64,000 nucleotides of DNA from Desulfobacterales bacterium (lineage in GTDB: Bacteria; Desulfobacterota; Desulfobacteria; Desulfobacterales; UBA2174): the NCBI GenBank assembly GCA_963668645.2, contig CAXXWC010000018.1, positions 320,001 through 384,000 on the forward strand, in the 5' to 3' direction. The position numbers and the translations under genes are program-made. Positions 1 through 10,534 of this stretch are shown piece after piece. The notes beneath the pieces were generated by a model. That model did no database searches. It saw only the letters and a list, made by a program, of their open reading frames with translations, and had not been told where the DNA came from. Within the stretch, counting starts at the first letter, position 1; each line of letters starts with the position of its first letter.

Positions 1-2
1 TC

Positions 3-1283
3 ATCGGCGACGTGATCGCCAACGGCAAGGCGGTTTCCATCCCGCGGATCAGCCAGGAGCCGCGTTTTCTGGACCGCGCCCGGCGCAGCAAGGAGGAACG
101 CGAGTTTTCCTACATCTGCGTGCCGATCAAGAAAGGCAACCGGGTGGTGGGGGCACTGAGCGCCGATCGGGTTTTCGAGGGGCCGGTCCAGCTCAAGGAG
201 AGCGAAAAGCTCCTTTCGGTGGTGGCCACCATGGTGGCCCAGCAGGCCATCAACCTTGAGAACATCCGTATGGAAAAAGAGAAGCTGCGCCAGGAAAATC
301 TCAACCTGCGCAGCGAGCTGGCAAACAAGTACCGCATCACCAACATCATCGGCAACAGCAACAAGATGCGCGAAGTCTTCCAGATGATCAGCCAGGTGTC
401 GCGCAGCAACGCCACGGTCCTGATCCGCGGTGAAAGCGGCACCGGCAAGGAACTTGTGGCCAACTCGATCCACTACAACAGCTCCCGCACCAAGGGACCC
501 TTTGTCAAGGTGAACTGCGCCGCCATCCCGGTCAACCTGATCGAAAGCGAACTTTTCGGACATGAAAAAGGGGCCTTTACCGGTGCCATCAAGCAGAAGA
601 TGGGCCGCTTCGAGCTGGCCCACCGCGGCACGATCTTTCTCGACGAGATCGGCTCCATCGGCCTGGACGTTCAGGCCAACCTGCTGCGGGTCCTCCAGGA
701 GCGCGAGTTCGAGCGGGTGGGGGGTCACCGGACGATCAAGGTCGACGTGCGGGTGGTGGCCGCCACCAACAAGAACCTCGAACAGGCCGTGGAGGACGAA
801 ACTTTTCGCGGTGACCTTTACTACCGGCTCAACGTCTTTCCCATCTACATGCCCCCGCTGCGCGAAAGAAAGACTGACGTCCTGCTGCTGGCCGATTTTT
901 TTCTGGAAAAATACGGCCGTGAAAACGCCAAGGAGATCCGCCGCTTTTCCACCCCGGCCATCGACATGCTCATGGCCTACCACTGGCCGGGCAACGTGCG
1001 CGAGCTGGAAAACTGCATCGAACGGGCCGTGTTGCTTTGCGAAGAGGGGGTGATTCACAGCTACCACCTGCCGCCCACCCTGCAGACCGGCAGCGAGTCG
1101 AATACCCTGCCCAACCTCAGCCTGGAAGAGGCGGTGGCCAATCTCGAGCGCGAAATGCTCATCGACGCCCTCAAGAACACCCGCGGCAACATCACCCGGG
1201 CCGCAGAGCTGATCCAGACCACGGTGCGCAAGTTCAACTACAAGGCCCGGCGCTACGGGATCGATTATCGCCACTACCGTTAG
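3..1283 (+). CDS. NifA-like sigma54-dependent activator (GAF-AAA+-HTH), 5' truncated by window
   Basis: GESGTGKE Walker [33 protein letters not shown]-terminal HTH; GAF remnant at N-terminus. Confidence 0.9.
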   Translation: MGDVIANGKAVSIPRISQEPRFLDRARRSKEEREFSYICVPIKKGNRVVGALSADRVFEGPVQLKESEKLLSVVATMVAQQAINLENIRMEKEKLRQENLNLRSELANKYRITNIIGNSNKMREVFQMISQVSRSNATVLIRGESGTGKELVANSIHYNSSRTKGPFVKVNCAAIPVNLIESELFGHEKGAFTGAIKQKMGRFELAHRGTIFLDEIGSIGLDVQANLLRVLQEREFERVGGHRTIKVDVRVVAATNKNLEQAVEDETFRGDLYYRLNVFPIYMPPLRERKTDVLLLADFFLEKYGRENAKEIRRFSTPAIDMLMAYHWPGNVRELENCIERAVLLCEEGVIHSYHLPPTLQTGSESNTLPNLSLEEAVANLEREMLIDALKNTRGNITRAAELIQTTVRKFNYKARRYGIDYRHYR

Positions 1284-1464
1284 GCCGGGGCGCAGGTGTT
1301 GAGCATCTGCGGCTTTCTGTGCCTCGACCCCGGGCCAGCCCTGCATCGTCGCAGTTGTCCCCGGCAACCGTTGCGGGCAATGGGCGTTGGCGACGCACCC
1401 CATAGCCGGGCGGGGGCGCCGGTGCCCGCCGGCCCGCCCCGGCACATGTACAAGCGCCCTTAAT

Positions 1465-1476
1465 TTGTATTGACAA
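1465..1476. promoter_or_regulatory. Possible GntR/HutC-type operator overlapping a TTGACA -35 hexamer
   Basis: Imperfect palindrome TTGTATTGACAA about 90 bp upstream of the GntR gene; TTGACA at 1470-1475. Confidence 0.45.
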
Positions 1477-1568
1477 CTTGGCCAATAAAGCGGTACCCTC
1501 AAACAACTTCGATCCTGGCCCGGGGCGCTGTCGCCCTTTTCGGAAGAATTTTGGGGGCACCGAATCCT

Positions 1569-2300
1569 ATGCTCAATCCTGCATCACCCATGCCGCTGTA
1601 CCACCAGCTGGCCGAATTGCTGCTCTCCGAGATCCGCAAAGGCACCTACCCGCCCGGCAGCCGCATCCCCTCCGAGCATCAACTGGCCGCAACCTATCGC
1701 ATCGGCCGCCCCACGGCCCGCCAGGCCACCGATCTGCTCGTGCGCCGGGGCATCCTCGTGCGCCGACGCGGGTCGGGCACCTTCGTCAAGGAGCCGGAGC
1801 AGGAGGTGGATCTTTTTTCCCTGGCCGGCACCAGCGCCTCGTTCCTGCAAACCGGCGTGATTGTCAGCACCCGGCTTCTTTCGCGGCCCAAACGGCGCCA
1901 GATCGGCCGCAGCCCCCACAACCCCTTTGCCGGCCGGGAGGCTTTCTACTTTTCGCGCCTGAGCTTCACCGATCAGGTTCCGGTGCTCATCGAGGACTTC
2001 TATCTTGATCCCGACCATTTCGCAGGGTTGGATCAGATCGATATGGAGGGGCGCTCTCTGGCCCGGGTGGTCGCCGAGCACTACTACCTGCGGCCCACCG
2101 GAGGCCGCCAGACCTTTCGCATCGACTATCCTTCCGGGGTCCGGATGCGCCATCTGCAAGTCGAACCGCAAACCCCGATCCTGGCCGTGCGCCGCTACCT
2201 GAACTTTCCCCAGGCCCCGGCCGCCATCTACTCGGAGCTGTTCTGCCGTACGGACCGCTACGTTTTCGCCCAAAGTCTTGGAGCCCATGAAACCAGCTGA
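1569..2300 (+). CDS. GntR family (HutC/UTRA) transcriptional regulator
   Basis: PLYHQL...IPSEHQL...RRRGSGTFV wHTH plus UTRA-like C-terminus; ATG at 1569 preferred. Confidence 0.9.
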   Translation: MLNPASPMPLYHQLAELLLSEIRKGTYPPGSRIPSEHQLAATYRIGRPTARQATDLLVRRGILVRRRGSGTFVKEPEQEVDLFSLAGTSASFLQTGVIVSTRLLSRPKRRQIGRSPHNPFAGREAFYFSRLSFTDQVPVLIEDFYLDPDHFAGLDQIDMEGRSLARVVAEHYYLRPTGGRQTFRIDYPSGVRMRHLQVEPQTPILAVRRYLNFPQAPAAIYSELFCRTDRYVFAQSLGAHETS

Positions 2301-3540
2301 GAACGGATATTTCGGAGACTTCGGGGGCGCCTTCGTGCCCGAAATCCTCCAAGCCACTTTTGAGGAACTGCGTGCCGCCTTCGGTGCGGCGCGCCGGGAC
2401 CCGTCCTTTTGGCAAAGCTATCTCGATTTGATGGCCAACTACGCCGGAAGGCCCACCCCTTTGACCTTCGCCCCCAATCTGACGGCCCATTTCGGCGGGG
2501 CCCGGATCTTCATCAAGCGCGAGGACCTGAACCACACCGGCGCCCACAAGGCCAACAACGTCATGGGCCAGGGGCTGCTGGTGCAGCGTATGGGCAAGAC
2601 AAGGGTCATCGCCGAGACCGGGGCCGGCCAGCACGGGGTGGCCACGGCCACCATGGCGGCGCGCTTCGGCCTGGCCTGCACGATATACATGGGGGCGGTG
2701 GACGTCGAGCGCCAGCGGCCCAACGTCTTTTGGATGCAGCGTTTGGGTGCCGAGGTCGTCCCAGTGGAAGCCGGCAGCCGCATCCTCAAGGACGCCATCA
2801 ACGAGGCCTTCCGGGACTGGGTGACGCACATGGACACCACCCACTATGTGCTCGGCACGGCCTGCGGCCCGCACCCCTTCCCGGAAATGGTCAGCTATTT
2901 CCAGTCGATCATCGGCACCGAGGCCCGCGAGCAGATCCTGGCCCAGGCCGGCCGTCTCCCGGATCGGGTTTACGCATGCGTGGGGGGCGGATCCAACGCC
3001 CTGGGGCTGTTTCAAGGGTTCATGGACGATCCGGTGGAGCTGGTGGGCGTCGAGGCCGGCGGCCGGGGGCTGGCCTCGGGGCTCCATGCGGCCCGCCTGG
3101 CCTGGCCGGATGCCAGCGTCGGGGTGGCCCAGGGTTACAAGACCTACTTTTTGCAGAACGATGACGGCCAGATGCGCGAAACCCACAGCGTGGCCGCCGG
3201 GCTGGACTATATCGGTGTGTCGCCGATTTTATCCCATCTCAAGACCGCCGGCCGGGTGCGCTTCGAGGCCGCCACCGACGAGGAGGTCATTGCCGCCCTG
3301 GCGCTGAGCATGCAAAAGGAAGGGCTGGTACCGGCCCTGGAATCGGCCCACGCCTTCGTGCAGGCCTTCAAGGAGGCCCCAGCCCTGGACCGCGACGCCG
3401 TAATCATCATCAACCAGTCCGGCCGGGCCGACAAGGACATCTTCACCGTGGCCGACGCCTTCGACGATCCCCAGTGGCGTGAATTCATCGAAGAAAAGGC
3501 CGCCGCCTACCGCCGCCAGCGCGAGGGGCGGGGGGGATGA
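2287..3540 (+). CDS. trpB: Tryptophan synthase beta subunit
   Basis: KREDLNHTGAHK PLP lysine, AETGAGQHG, CVGGGSN, ALESAHA. Confidence 0.95.
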   Translation: MKPAENGYFGDFGGAFVPEILQATFEELRAAFGAARRDPSFWQSYLDLMANYAGRPTPLTFAPNLTAHFGGARIFIKREDLNHTGAHKANNVMGQGLLVQRMGKTRVIAETGAGQHGVATATMAARFGLACTIYMGAVDVERQRPNVFWMQRLGAEVVPVEAGSRILKDAINEAFRDWVTHMDTTHYVLGTACGPHPFPEMVSYFQSIIGTEAREQILAQAGRLPDRVYACVGGGSNALGLFQGFMDDPVELVGVEAGGRGLASGLHAARLAWPDASVGVAQGYKTYFLQNDDGQMRETHSVAAGLDYIGVSPILSHLKTAGRVRFEAATDEEVIAALALSMQKEGLVPALESAHAFVQAFKEAPALDRDAVIIINQSGRADKDIFTVADAFDDPQWREFIEEKAAAYRRQREGRGG

Positions 3541-3655
3541 CAGGCCGGATGATCCGATCCGTCGGATCTGGCGGATCCGACAACGGCGCTAAAGTGCTGT
3601 CTCAACGTTTGCTGGTTTTCGCCACTCGCAACTTTATCGACTTCAAAGGACCCCC

Positions 3656-4426
3656 ATGGACCTGACCGCCTACATCCGCCAGCGCCGGAATGAAAAGGGC
3701 CTGGCGCTCATGACCCATATCGTGCTCGGCTATCCTTCCTTCGACGTCTCCTACGACCTGGTGGGCGCCATGGTGGCGGCCGGGGTGGACCTGATGGAGC
3801 TGCAGATTCCCTTTTCCGAGCCCATCGCCGACGGTCCGGTGATCCTTCGGGCCAATCAGGAGGCCCTGGCGGCCGGGTCCACGGTGGATCGCTGCCTGGA
3901 CTTCGCGCGCCGTGTCGCAGCTGATTTTGACATCCCTTTTGTTTTTATGACCTACTACAACGTGCTGTTCAAGCGCGGGGTGGGGGATTTTGTACGCTCC
4001 ACGGCCCGGAGCGGATTGCACGGCGCCATCGTGCCCGATCTGCCTCCCGAGGAAGGCGCTGAATACCTCGATGCCATGGCGACCCATGGACTGCATCCGA
4101 TCCTGATTTTCTCGCCGACGTCTTCGGACCGGCGCATGGCCTACCTGGCCAAACATGCCGGCGGCTTTGTCTACTGCGTGGCCCGCAAGGGGGTGACCGG
4201 TGCCGAGACCGCCTTTAGCGAGTCGCTGGAGGATTATCTGGACCGCTGCCGGCGGTACACCGACTTGCCACTGGCGGTGGGGTTCGGCGTCAAGCAGAAG
4301 GAGGACATCGATTTTCTAAAGGGGCGAGCGGATATCGCGGTCATCGGCACCGAAACGATCCGCGTCATGGACCGCAACGGCCTGGACGGCGTCAAGGATT
4401 TTCTCGGCGGGCTGCGTTGCAGTTAG
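3656..4426 (+). CDS. trpA: Tryptophan synthase alpha subunit
   Basis: ELQIPFSEPIADGPVI, PDLPPEE, GVTG, AVGFG. Confidence 0.95.
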   Translation: MDLTAYIRQRRNEKGLALMTHIVLGYPSFDVSYDLVGAMVAAGVDLMELQIPFSEPIADGPVILRANQEALAAGSTVDRCLDFARRVAADFDIPFVFMTYYNVLFKRGVGDFVRSTARSGLHGAIVPDLPPEEGAEYLDAMATHGLHPILIFSPTSSDRRMAYLAKHAGGFVYCVARKGVTGAETAFSESLEDYLDRCRRYTDLPLAVGFGVKQKEDIDFLKGRADIAVIGTETIRVMDRNGLDGVKDFLGGLRCS

Positions 4427-4550
4427 CCGCCCGCGACACGTATGGGGCTGCCCGGACGGGTGTGCGGCCAAATTCGTAACGCGCCGCATATTCAGGCATC
4501 TGAGAGCATTTTCGAAGAGGCTTGCCGGGCATCAAGGTCTAACCATATAC

Positions 4551-6089
4551 TTATAAAGCGATAAAGGCCGGCGACGCTTTCTGAGTCGCCGGCAGATAGA
4601 CGGCGACCCGGGTGCCGTGTCCGGTTTTCGACTCGACCTCGATCCATCCCCCATGGGCCGCCACGATCCACGCGGCGGCCGCTCCTCCCAGGCCGCGGCC
4701 GTATCCTTTGGTTGAAAAGAACGGATCGAAGAGCCGGCGGCGCGTTTCCTGAGTCATCCCGCATCCTTCATCTTCGATGCCCAACCGCAGGTAAATGCCT
4801 GCCGGCGCCCCGTCGGCCGGTGGCGTACCACAAAAGCGCCGACCGGTCAGACGGATCCGGCCGGACGCGCCCAGGGCCTCGGCCCCATTGCGGATCAGGT
4901 TGGACAGGGCCAGCTGGATCTGGGTGGCATCCGCCATCACGGTGGGCAGATCCGCGGCCAGGTCCGTCTCGATTCGGATCTGTCCGGCCAGCAGAGGGGT
5001 GATGCGCTCCAGGGTCTGTTGCACCAGGTTTGACGGCGCCACGGCGGCCACATCGTAGCGCTCGCCGGCCAGGTAAGCTTTCAGCTGTTCGAGGATGCGG
5101 GCGATCGGCTGGAGGCTTTGCGCGAGGTCTTCGGGCTGGCCGGCAGGATCTTTGGGGGGCTTGTCACAAAGATCGGGCTGCGTCAAAATTTCGTTTGCGG
5201 TCGCCAGTGCGGCTTCGAGCTGATGGGAGAGGCCTTTGACCAAAATGGAGAAGGCCTCCAGTCGTTGCAGGTGCTGGATCTGCATCTCCATTCGCACCCG
5301 CTCGGTGATGTCCCGCACGAACTCCACGACCTGGCGCACCTTGCCCGAGCCGGGAGCCTTGACCGGAAAACTGAACAGTTCGATCCATTGGACCGGCGAT
5401 CCCTTGGGACCGGGCACGACCTCGCGTTCCACCTGGCCGGTCTGGATGCAGCGCAGGCTCGGGCATGGATGGCAGGGCCCGATACGCTCGTGGTAGCATT
5501 CGTAGCAGCGTCGTCCCACGATGGCCCCCCGACCGGCGTACCACTGCTCCATGATGCGATTGACGCGCCGAATGGTCAGATCTGGATCCAGGATGCTGAT
5601 GCCTTCCTGAATGGTATCAAAAATGCTGTGAACAAATTCTTCCTGGGCCGTCAGGGCCGCCTCGGCCCACCGCTGTCCGGCCACGGCCGCCGCCAGAGCC
5701 TCCGGATCGATCCTGCGGCTGGAAGAGCCGGCCCGATCCTGATCTTGCAGTACCGCTTCAAAGAGGAGCGCCGTGCCGGTCTCGGTTCCCAGATCAATGG
5801 GCGAGGCGACGGCCCGCACCCGGCGTGGCGTGCCGCTGCGGGTCTGAAAATCGCACTCAAAGGCAGCGCTGGCACCGGCGCCATCCGCCGCATCGCAGCC
5901 CATGGGGCACCCGGGTGCGTTTAGACCGAACACTTCCCGGCAGCGGCGTCCCTCGATTTGCTCGAGGCGCCAGCCGGTGAGGCCAACGGCGGCCGGGTTG
6001 AGATAGATAACGGTCTTGCGGCTGTCACGCACCAAGACGGCGTGATTCAGACGGTCGAGAAAGGATCGGATCAATTCGGGAACGGCCAC
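4551..6089 (-). CDS. PAS-PAS sensor histidine kinase (NtrB-like HATPase), orphan
   Basis: Two Cys-containing PAS domains; N box NLIRNG, G1 DEGCG, F box FDPFFSTK, G2 GRGLG; atypical H box SHQLE. Confidence 0.85.
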   Translation of the reverse strand: MAVPELIRSFLDRLNHAVLVRDSRKTVIYLNPAAVGLTGWRLEQIEGRRCREVFGLNAPGCPMGCDAADGAGASAAFECDFQTRSGTPRRVRAVASPIDLGTETGTALLFEAVLQDQDRAGSSSRRIDPEALAAAVAGQRWAEAALTAQEEFVHSIFDTIQEGISILDPDLTIRRVNRIMEQWYAGRGAIVGRRCYECYHERIGPCHPCPSLRCIQTGQVEREVVPGPKGSPVQWIELFSFPVKAPGSGKVRQVVEFVRDITERVRMEMQIQHLQRLEAFSILVKGLSHQLEAALATANEILTQPDLCDKPPKDPAGQPEDLAQSLQPIARILEQLKAYLAGERYDVAAVAPSNLVQQTLERITPLLAGQIRIETDLAADLPTVMADATQIQLALSNLIRNGAEALGASGRIRLTGRRFCGTPPADGAPAGIYLRLGIEDEGCGMTQETRRRLFDPFFSTKGYGRGLGGAAAAWIVAAHGGWIEVESKTGHGTRVAVYLPATQKASPAFIAL

Positions 6090-6638
6090 AGATCTTTCTC
6101 CCTGCCGTCCATGACGGTCGGACGACGCCGGTTTGTCCTGTTGCGGCGCGTGATGGAGTCGTATCTACCTAAACGCCGTCAGCCTGCGGACAAACGGGCG
6201 TCTCGGACCGCCTGCGGTGTTGGTGTCGTTATTGAAAATGCGCGCATCTATCTACAACAGGCGGCGCTTTTCGAATTCGGCCGTGCCGCGCCCGCCTGAT
6301 GCTTGTTTATCCTCAGGTCGTTGGGTGCTGTGAGGCAGCGTCGTGTGGGATTGGTTTGATCCTACCACCTCGGCCTGAACGGTGCAATCGAACTCCGGGC
6401 AGACCGGCAATTTTCGCTGAGTGCGGCTAAGGAGCGAAGACCCCGTGCTTTCTGTTCGCGCATGTGCTATCCACCCCCCTCTGTTATCAATGAACCCGTG
6501 GTGATTCACCTGGAGGCGTCTGGACGGGGCGGGACGCCGGTCCGTCGCGCAGGACGCCTGGAGGGACGCGACGTTCGACTTTTGCCTCACCGCGGAGCGG
6601 CATGGAGCCCAAAAGCTGAACAACGGAGCTTGCCGTTG

Positions 6639-7811
6639 ATGCGCCAAATTCTACAAACGCCGATGTACCGCTTTCTGATCGTTCTGACGGCCGCGGCGGC
6701 CATAGGACTGCAAGGGTGGCGAACCCTTTTCAACAACTTCGCCGTTGATATCGCTCAGATGCAGGGGCACCATGTGGGCCTGATCCAGTCGGTGCGCGAA
6801 GTGCCCGGGTTGCTGGCGTTGCTGGCCGTCTATGTGCTGCTGCTGCTGATGCGCGAACAACGCCTGGCGGCCCTGAGCATCCTGATCATGGGCATCGGGG
6901 TCGGCGCCACCGGTCTGTTCCCGTCCTTTGCCGGACTGACGTTGACCACCTTGGTGATGAGCTTCGGCTTTCACTATTTCGAAACCGCTAACCGCAGTTT
7001 GACCCTCCAGTATTTCGATGCGGCCACGGCGCCCTGGGTCCTGGGGCGCCAGCGCAGCATCGCCGCGGCGGCCAACATCGCCGTGGGCCTGGCCATCTAC
7101 CTGAGTGCCGGCCACCTCGCGTACCGCAGCCAGTTTCTGGCCGTTGGGCTGCTGCTGGCGGTCGTCGGGCTGTGGGCCGCCGTGCAGAATCCGGCCGCGA
7201 CGCCCCCCGTGCCCCAGCACCGGCGTATGATCTAGCGCCGTCGCTACGGCCTGTACTATTTTTTGACCTTCATGGCCGGCGCCCGGCGCCAGATTTTCAT
7301 CGCCTTTGCCGTTTTTATGATGGTCAAGCGCATCGGCTACACCGTGCCGCAAGTGACCTTGCTGTTCATGGTCAACAACCTGATCAATTATTTTCTGAGC
7401 CCCCGGATCGGGCGGGCCATCATCCGCTTTGGCGAACGCCGGGTTCTGTCGCTGGAGTATGCCAGCCTCATTCTGGTCTTTTGCGGCTATGCCATGGTAC
7501 AGACCAAGGAGGTCGCGGCGCTGCTCTATATCCTGGACCATATTTTTTTCAACTTCGCCATGGCGATCGAGACTTACTTTCAAAAGATCGGCGACCCGCA
7601 GGACATCGCTCCGACCATGGCGGTTGGATTCACCGTCAACCACATCGCCGCCGTGGTGCTGCCGACCCTGGGCGGTATGCTGTGGCTCGTCGACTACCGG
7701 ATCCCCTTTCTGGCCGGAGCCGCCATGAGTCTGGTGTCGTTGATCGCCGTCCAGTGGATCCGCACCCCTTACGGGCGCCGGGAGGCTGCGGCCGGAAGGA
7801 AAGCGGACTGA
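6639..7811 (+). pseudogene. MFS transporter interrupted by one in-frame TAG at 7233-7235 (pseudogene, sequencing error or readthrough)
   Basis: ORFs 6462-7235 and 7263-7811 share a frame; reads PQHRRMI*RRRYGLYYFLTFMAGARRQ across the stop; hydrophobic TM pattern in both halves. Confidence 0.8.
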
Positions 7812-7896
7812 CGCGCGACGCTCGGTCTGGTCGACCAAAGACGCGACACCGCTGCGGGCGGGCCGTCCTTGTTGCGCCGACCCTACACCTGCCCGG

Positions 7897-9174
7897 CTAG
7901 CGCGATGTGAGCTTGATTTCGATGCGCCGGTTGCGGCTCAAGGCCTCGGGACTTTTGCCCGGATCGATGGGATGGAACTTGCTGAAACCGGCGGCGGTCA
8001 TGCGCTTTTCAGCGATGCCGCAGGTGGCCAGGAAGTGGACCACGCTGACCGCTCGGGCCACGGAGAGCTCCCAGTTGGAGGGAAAACGGGCGCTGTTGAT
8101 CGGAACCACGTCCGTGTGCCCGTCGATTCGCAAAATCCAGTTCAGATCCTGCGGGATCTGGGCCGCCACCTCCCGCAGGGTAATTGCCAGCTTGGACAGA
8201 TGGGCCTTGCCCGGCTCGGAAAGATCGGCCGAGCCGGAGGCGAAGAGCAGTTCGGCCTGAAACACGAAGCGGTCGCCCTCGATGCGCACCTGGGGCACGT
8301 CGGCCAGGGCGGTGCGCAGCCGGCCGAAAAAGTCGGAGCGATAGCGGGCCAGCACATTGACCTGCCGGGCCAGGGCGATGTTGAGCCGCTGGCCCAGCTC
8401 TTCGAGTTTGGCCTGCTGGGAGTCCTTCACGGCCTCGGCCGCCGCCAGGGCCTGGCCGATCTCGTTGAGCTGTTCGCGCAGCGCGGCAAGCTGGCGATTG
8501 AGAAGGATGATTTCGGCTCGGGCGTCGGCGGAAAGAGATTCCTGGCGTGCCAGAGCCTCCTTCTGTTCACCGACCAGGGCGTCCAGGGCCTGGATGCGGA
8601 TATCTCGTTTTTCGATATCTTTTTGCGCCAGCAGGGTCCTCTCCCGGGCTTCGGCCAGACGGTCGTCCAGGGCCTTGGAGCGGTCTCGCCATTGACCGAC
8701 CAATTCCTTTTGCGTATCGAGGCCGGCGGCCAGGTCGCCCACCCGGGCTTCCAGTTCGGTGCGCATCCGGCGCAGGGCGTCGATGTCTTCCTGCAAGCTG
8801 GCGATCAACATGAGTTTGGAGGCGATTTCGGCCTGGTTCTGATCCGCTTCGGCCTCCAGCGTCTTGACCTGACCTTGCAGCGCCTGCTTGTCCGCGCTCA
8901 AGCCGTCGATATGCATGTTGAGCCCGATGATTTCAGTCTGCAAGCGCTGGGTACGCGCCTGTTCCAGGCCGAGCTGCTCCTGAAGTTCGCTGAGCATGCG
9001 CTGGAGGGACGCGAGTTGGCTTTCCTGGCCGGAGAGGATTTCGTTGAGCAGGAACTGGACCACGGTGAAGATCATCAGCACGAAGATGACCAGCATCAGC
9101 AGCGCGGAAAGAGCGTCCACATAGCCCGGCCAGACATTGATCCCGTTTGTCGAACGCCGAGAGCCGGTGATCAT
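7897..9174 (-). CDS. MotB/OmpA-like peptidoglycan-binding protein with long coiled coil
   Basis: WPGYVDAL TM with conserved Asp; long coiled coil; LFASGSA, DGHTD, NWELSVARA, NRRIEI. Confidence 0.9.
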   Translation of the reverse strand: MITGSRRSTNGINVWPGYVDALSALLMLVIFVLMIFTVVQFLLNEILSGQESQLASLQRMLSELQEQLGLEQARTQRLQTEIIGLNMHIDGLSADKQALQGQVKTLEAEADQNQAEIASKLMLIASLQEDIDALRRMRTELEARVGDLAAGLDTQKELVGQWRDRSKALDDRLAEARERTLLAQKDIEKRDIRIQALDALVGEQKEALARQESLSADARAEIILLNRQLAALREQLNEIGQALAAAEAVKDSQQAKLEELGQRLNIALARQVNVLARYRSDFFGRLRTALADVPQVRIEGDRFVFQAELLFASGSADLSEPGKAHLSKLAITLREVAAQIPQDLNWILRIDGHTDVVPINSARFPSNWELSVARAVSVVHFLATCGIAEKRMTAAGFSKFHPIDPGKSPEALSRNRRIEIKLTSR

Positions 9175-10052
9175 GGCGCATCCGACGCCCCCGCAGCGCC
9201 CTCCTTCGCCTCGCCGGTGTCATCTTCGTTTTGCCGCTCCAGCAGCTGCTCGATGGCCCGGTTGTTGCGCCTCAATTCGCCGATAATCCGCTCCAGGCGG
9301 TCCTGGGTTGCACCGTTTTCCATCGGCCCCGGTGCGGCCCCGTCCGTCTCCTCGGTGTCGATGAGCCGGGTCACGCCGTAGAGCCACTCCTCCATCTCAT
9401 TGAAGAAACGGTTCTGGGCGTGGCTGGCCTGGATGTCGAGAAAACCGAGAACCAGGGATCCGCCCAGGCCGAAAAGCGAGGAACTGAAGGCCGTTCCCAT
9501 GCCCTGGAGCGGCTGCTGGAGCCCGGACTTGAGTTTCTGAAAGAAAGCGGCGAAATCGTGCTGCCCCACTTCGAGGGTGCCGATCACCGCCCCGACGTCC
9601 GCGATGGTGCCCAGCAGCCCCCAGAAGGTCCCCAGCAGCCCGAGGAAGATCAGCAGCCCGATCATGTAGCGGGAAATCTCGCGCGATTCCTCCAGTCGCC
9701 CGCGGATCCCATCCAGCACGGTGCGCAGCGACAGGGCTGAGAGTTTGAAATGATCGTGGCGCAGCCCGTCGAGATGGCGCGTCAGGGACCCGAGCAGGCG
9801 CGGCGGTGCGGCCACCGATAGGCCGACCCTGCCGGTCCGGAACATGTGGATCCAGCCGATTTCAGGCTCCAGGCGCAGCACGTGAAAGACGTTGATGCCG
9901 ATGCCGACCCCCAGGGCGCAGAGAATCAGCAGGTTGAATCCCCAGTTGGCCAAAAAGGCCTGCTTGAGCGGCTGGAAAAGGAAGAGGCAGACGGCCACCA
10001 CGACGGCCAGATAGATCAGCATCAAATACAGGTAATGGCGGATGTTGCTCAT
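9171..10052 (-). CDS. MotA/TolQ/ExbB proton channel family protein
   Basis: LGLLGTFWGL and GMGTAFSSSLFG; 4-bp overlap with MotB-like gene. Confidence 0.9.
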   Translation of the reverse strand: MSNIRHYLYLMLIYLAVVVAVCLFLFQPLKQAFLANWGFNLLILCALGVGIGINVFHVLRLEPEIGWIHMFRTGRVGLSVAAPPRLLGSLTRHLDGLRHDHFKLSALSLRTVLDGIRGRLEESREISRYMIGLLIFLGLLGTFWGLLGTIADVGAVIGTLEVGQHDFAAFFQKLKSGLQQPLQGMGTAFSSSLFGLGGSLVLGFLDIQASHAQNRFFNEMEEWLYGVTRLIDTEETDGAAPGPMENGATQDRLERIIGELRRNNRAIEQLLERQNEDDTGEAKEGAAGASDAP

Positions 10053-10534
10053 GAGGCTTCCTCGGACGGATCGAATGTTGGGCCTGCTGCCGCCGGGCGG
10101 CCGCGGTGATCGCCCGCCCGGGCGTGGCGGCGGCGGTTGGCTGCAATCATTTCGCCCCCAGACTATTAAACCCTGCCGGGATAGTCAAACTTCTCGTAAA
10201 GAAACGCTTACGGTAACAAATTTTTATCATTTCTTTGAAAGAAACCTCTCGAAAGAGGTGCCGGGGCCGGCAATTTTCGGTGAATCCGAGATCCGTAGGA
10301 CGAGTGGGACTTCGGAATCGGACGAATGACCGGATAAAGACGAGGCTGTCAGCGGGCAGCGGCGATCCGGGGATGCCCACCGCCACTGCCGGTTGGAACC
10401 CGATCGCCGCCGCCGCGCGCATTGGTGCATTTTCGCCGAGAGTGTGGTAACAGGCCGGAAACCGGCGGGAGCGCCTTTGGCGGCAGGATACTGCCGTGAT
10501 TTCACACTGCCGCCGCCATCATTTTGGAGGGCTG

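Noticed and set aside
3545..3582. REP-like palindrome between trpB and trpA
   Set aside because: Single occurrence in window; cannot establish a repeat family
6230..6460. Small RNA between the kinase and MFS genes
   Set aside because: A few hairpins but no recognisable family, promoter-terminator pair or other support
7897..10052. Zorya defence system
   Set aside because: No zorC/D/E neighbours, no long ZorA tail, housekeeping context
10190..10330. c-di-GMP-I riboswitch (AAACCTCTCGAAAGAGG hairpin)
   Set aside because: GAAA-capped stem present but the following GACGCAAAG and P3 consensus is missing
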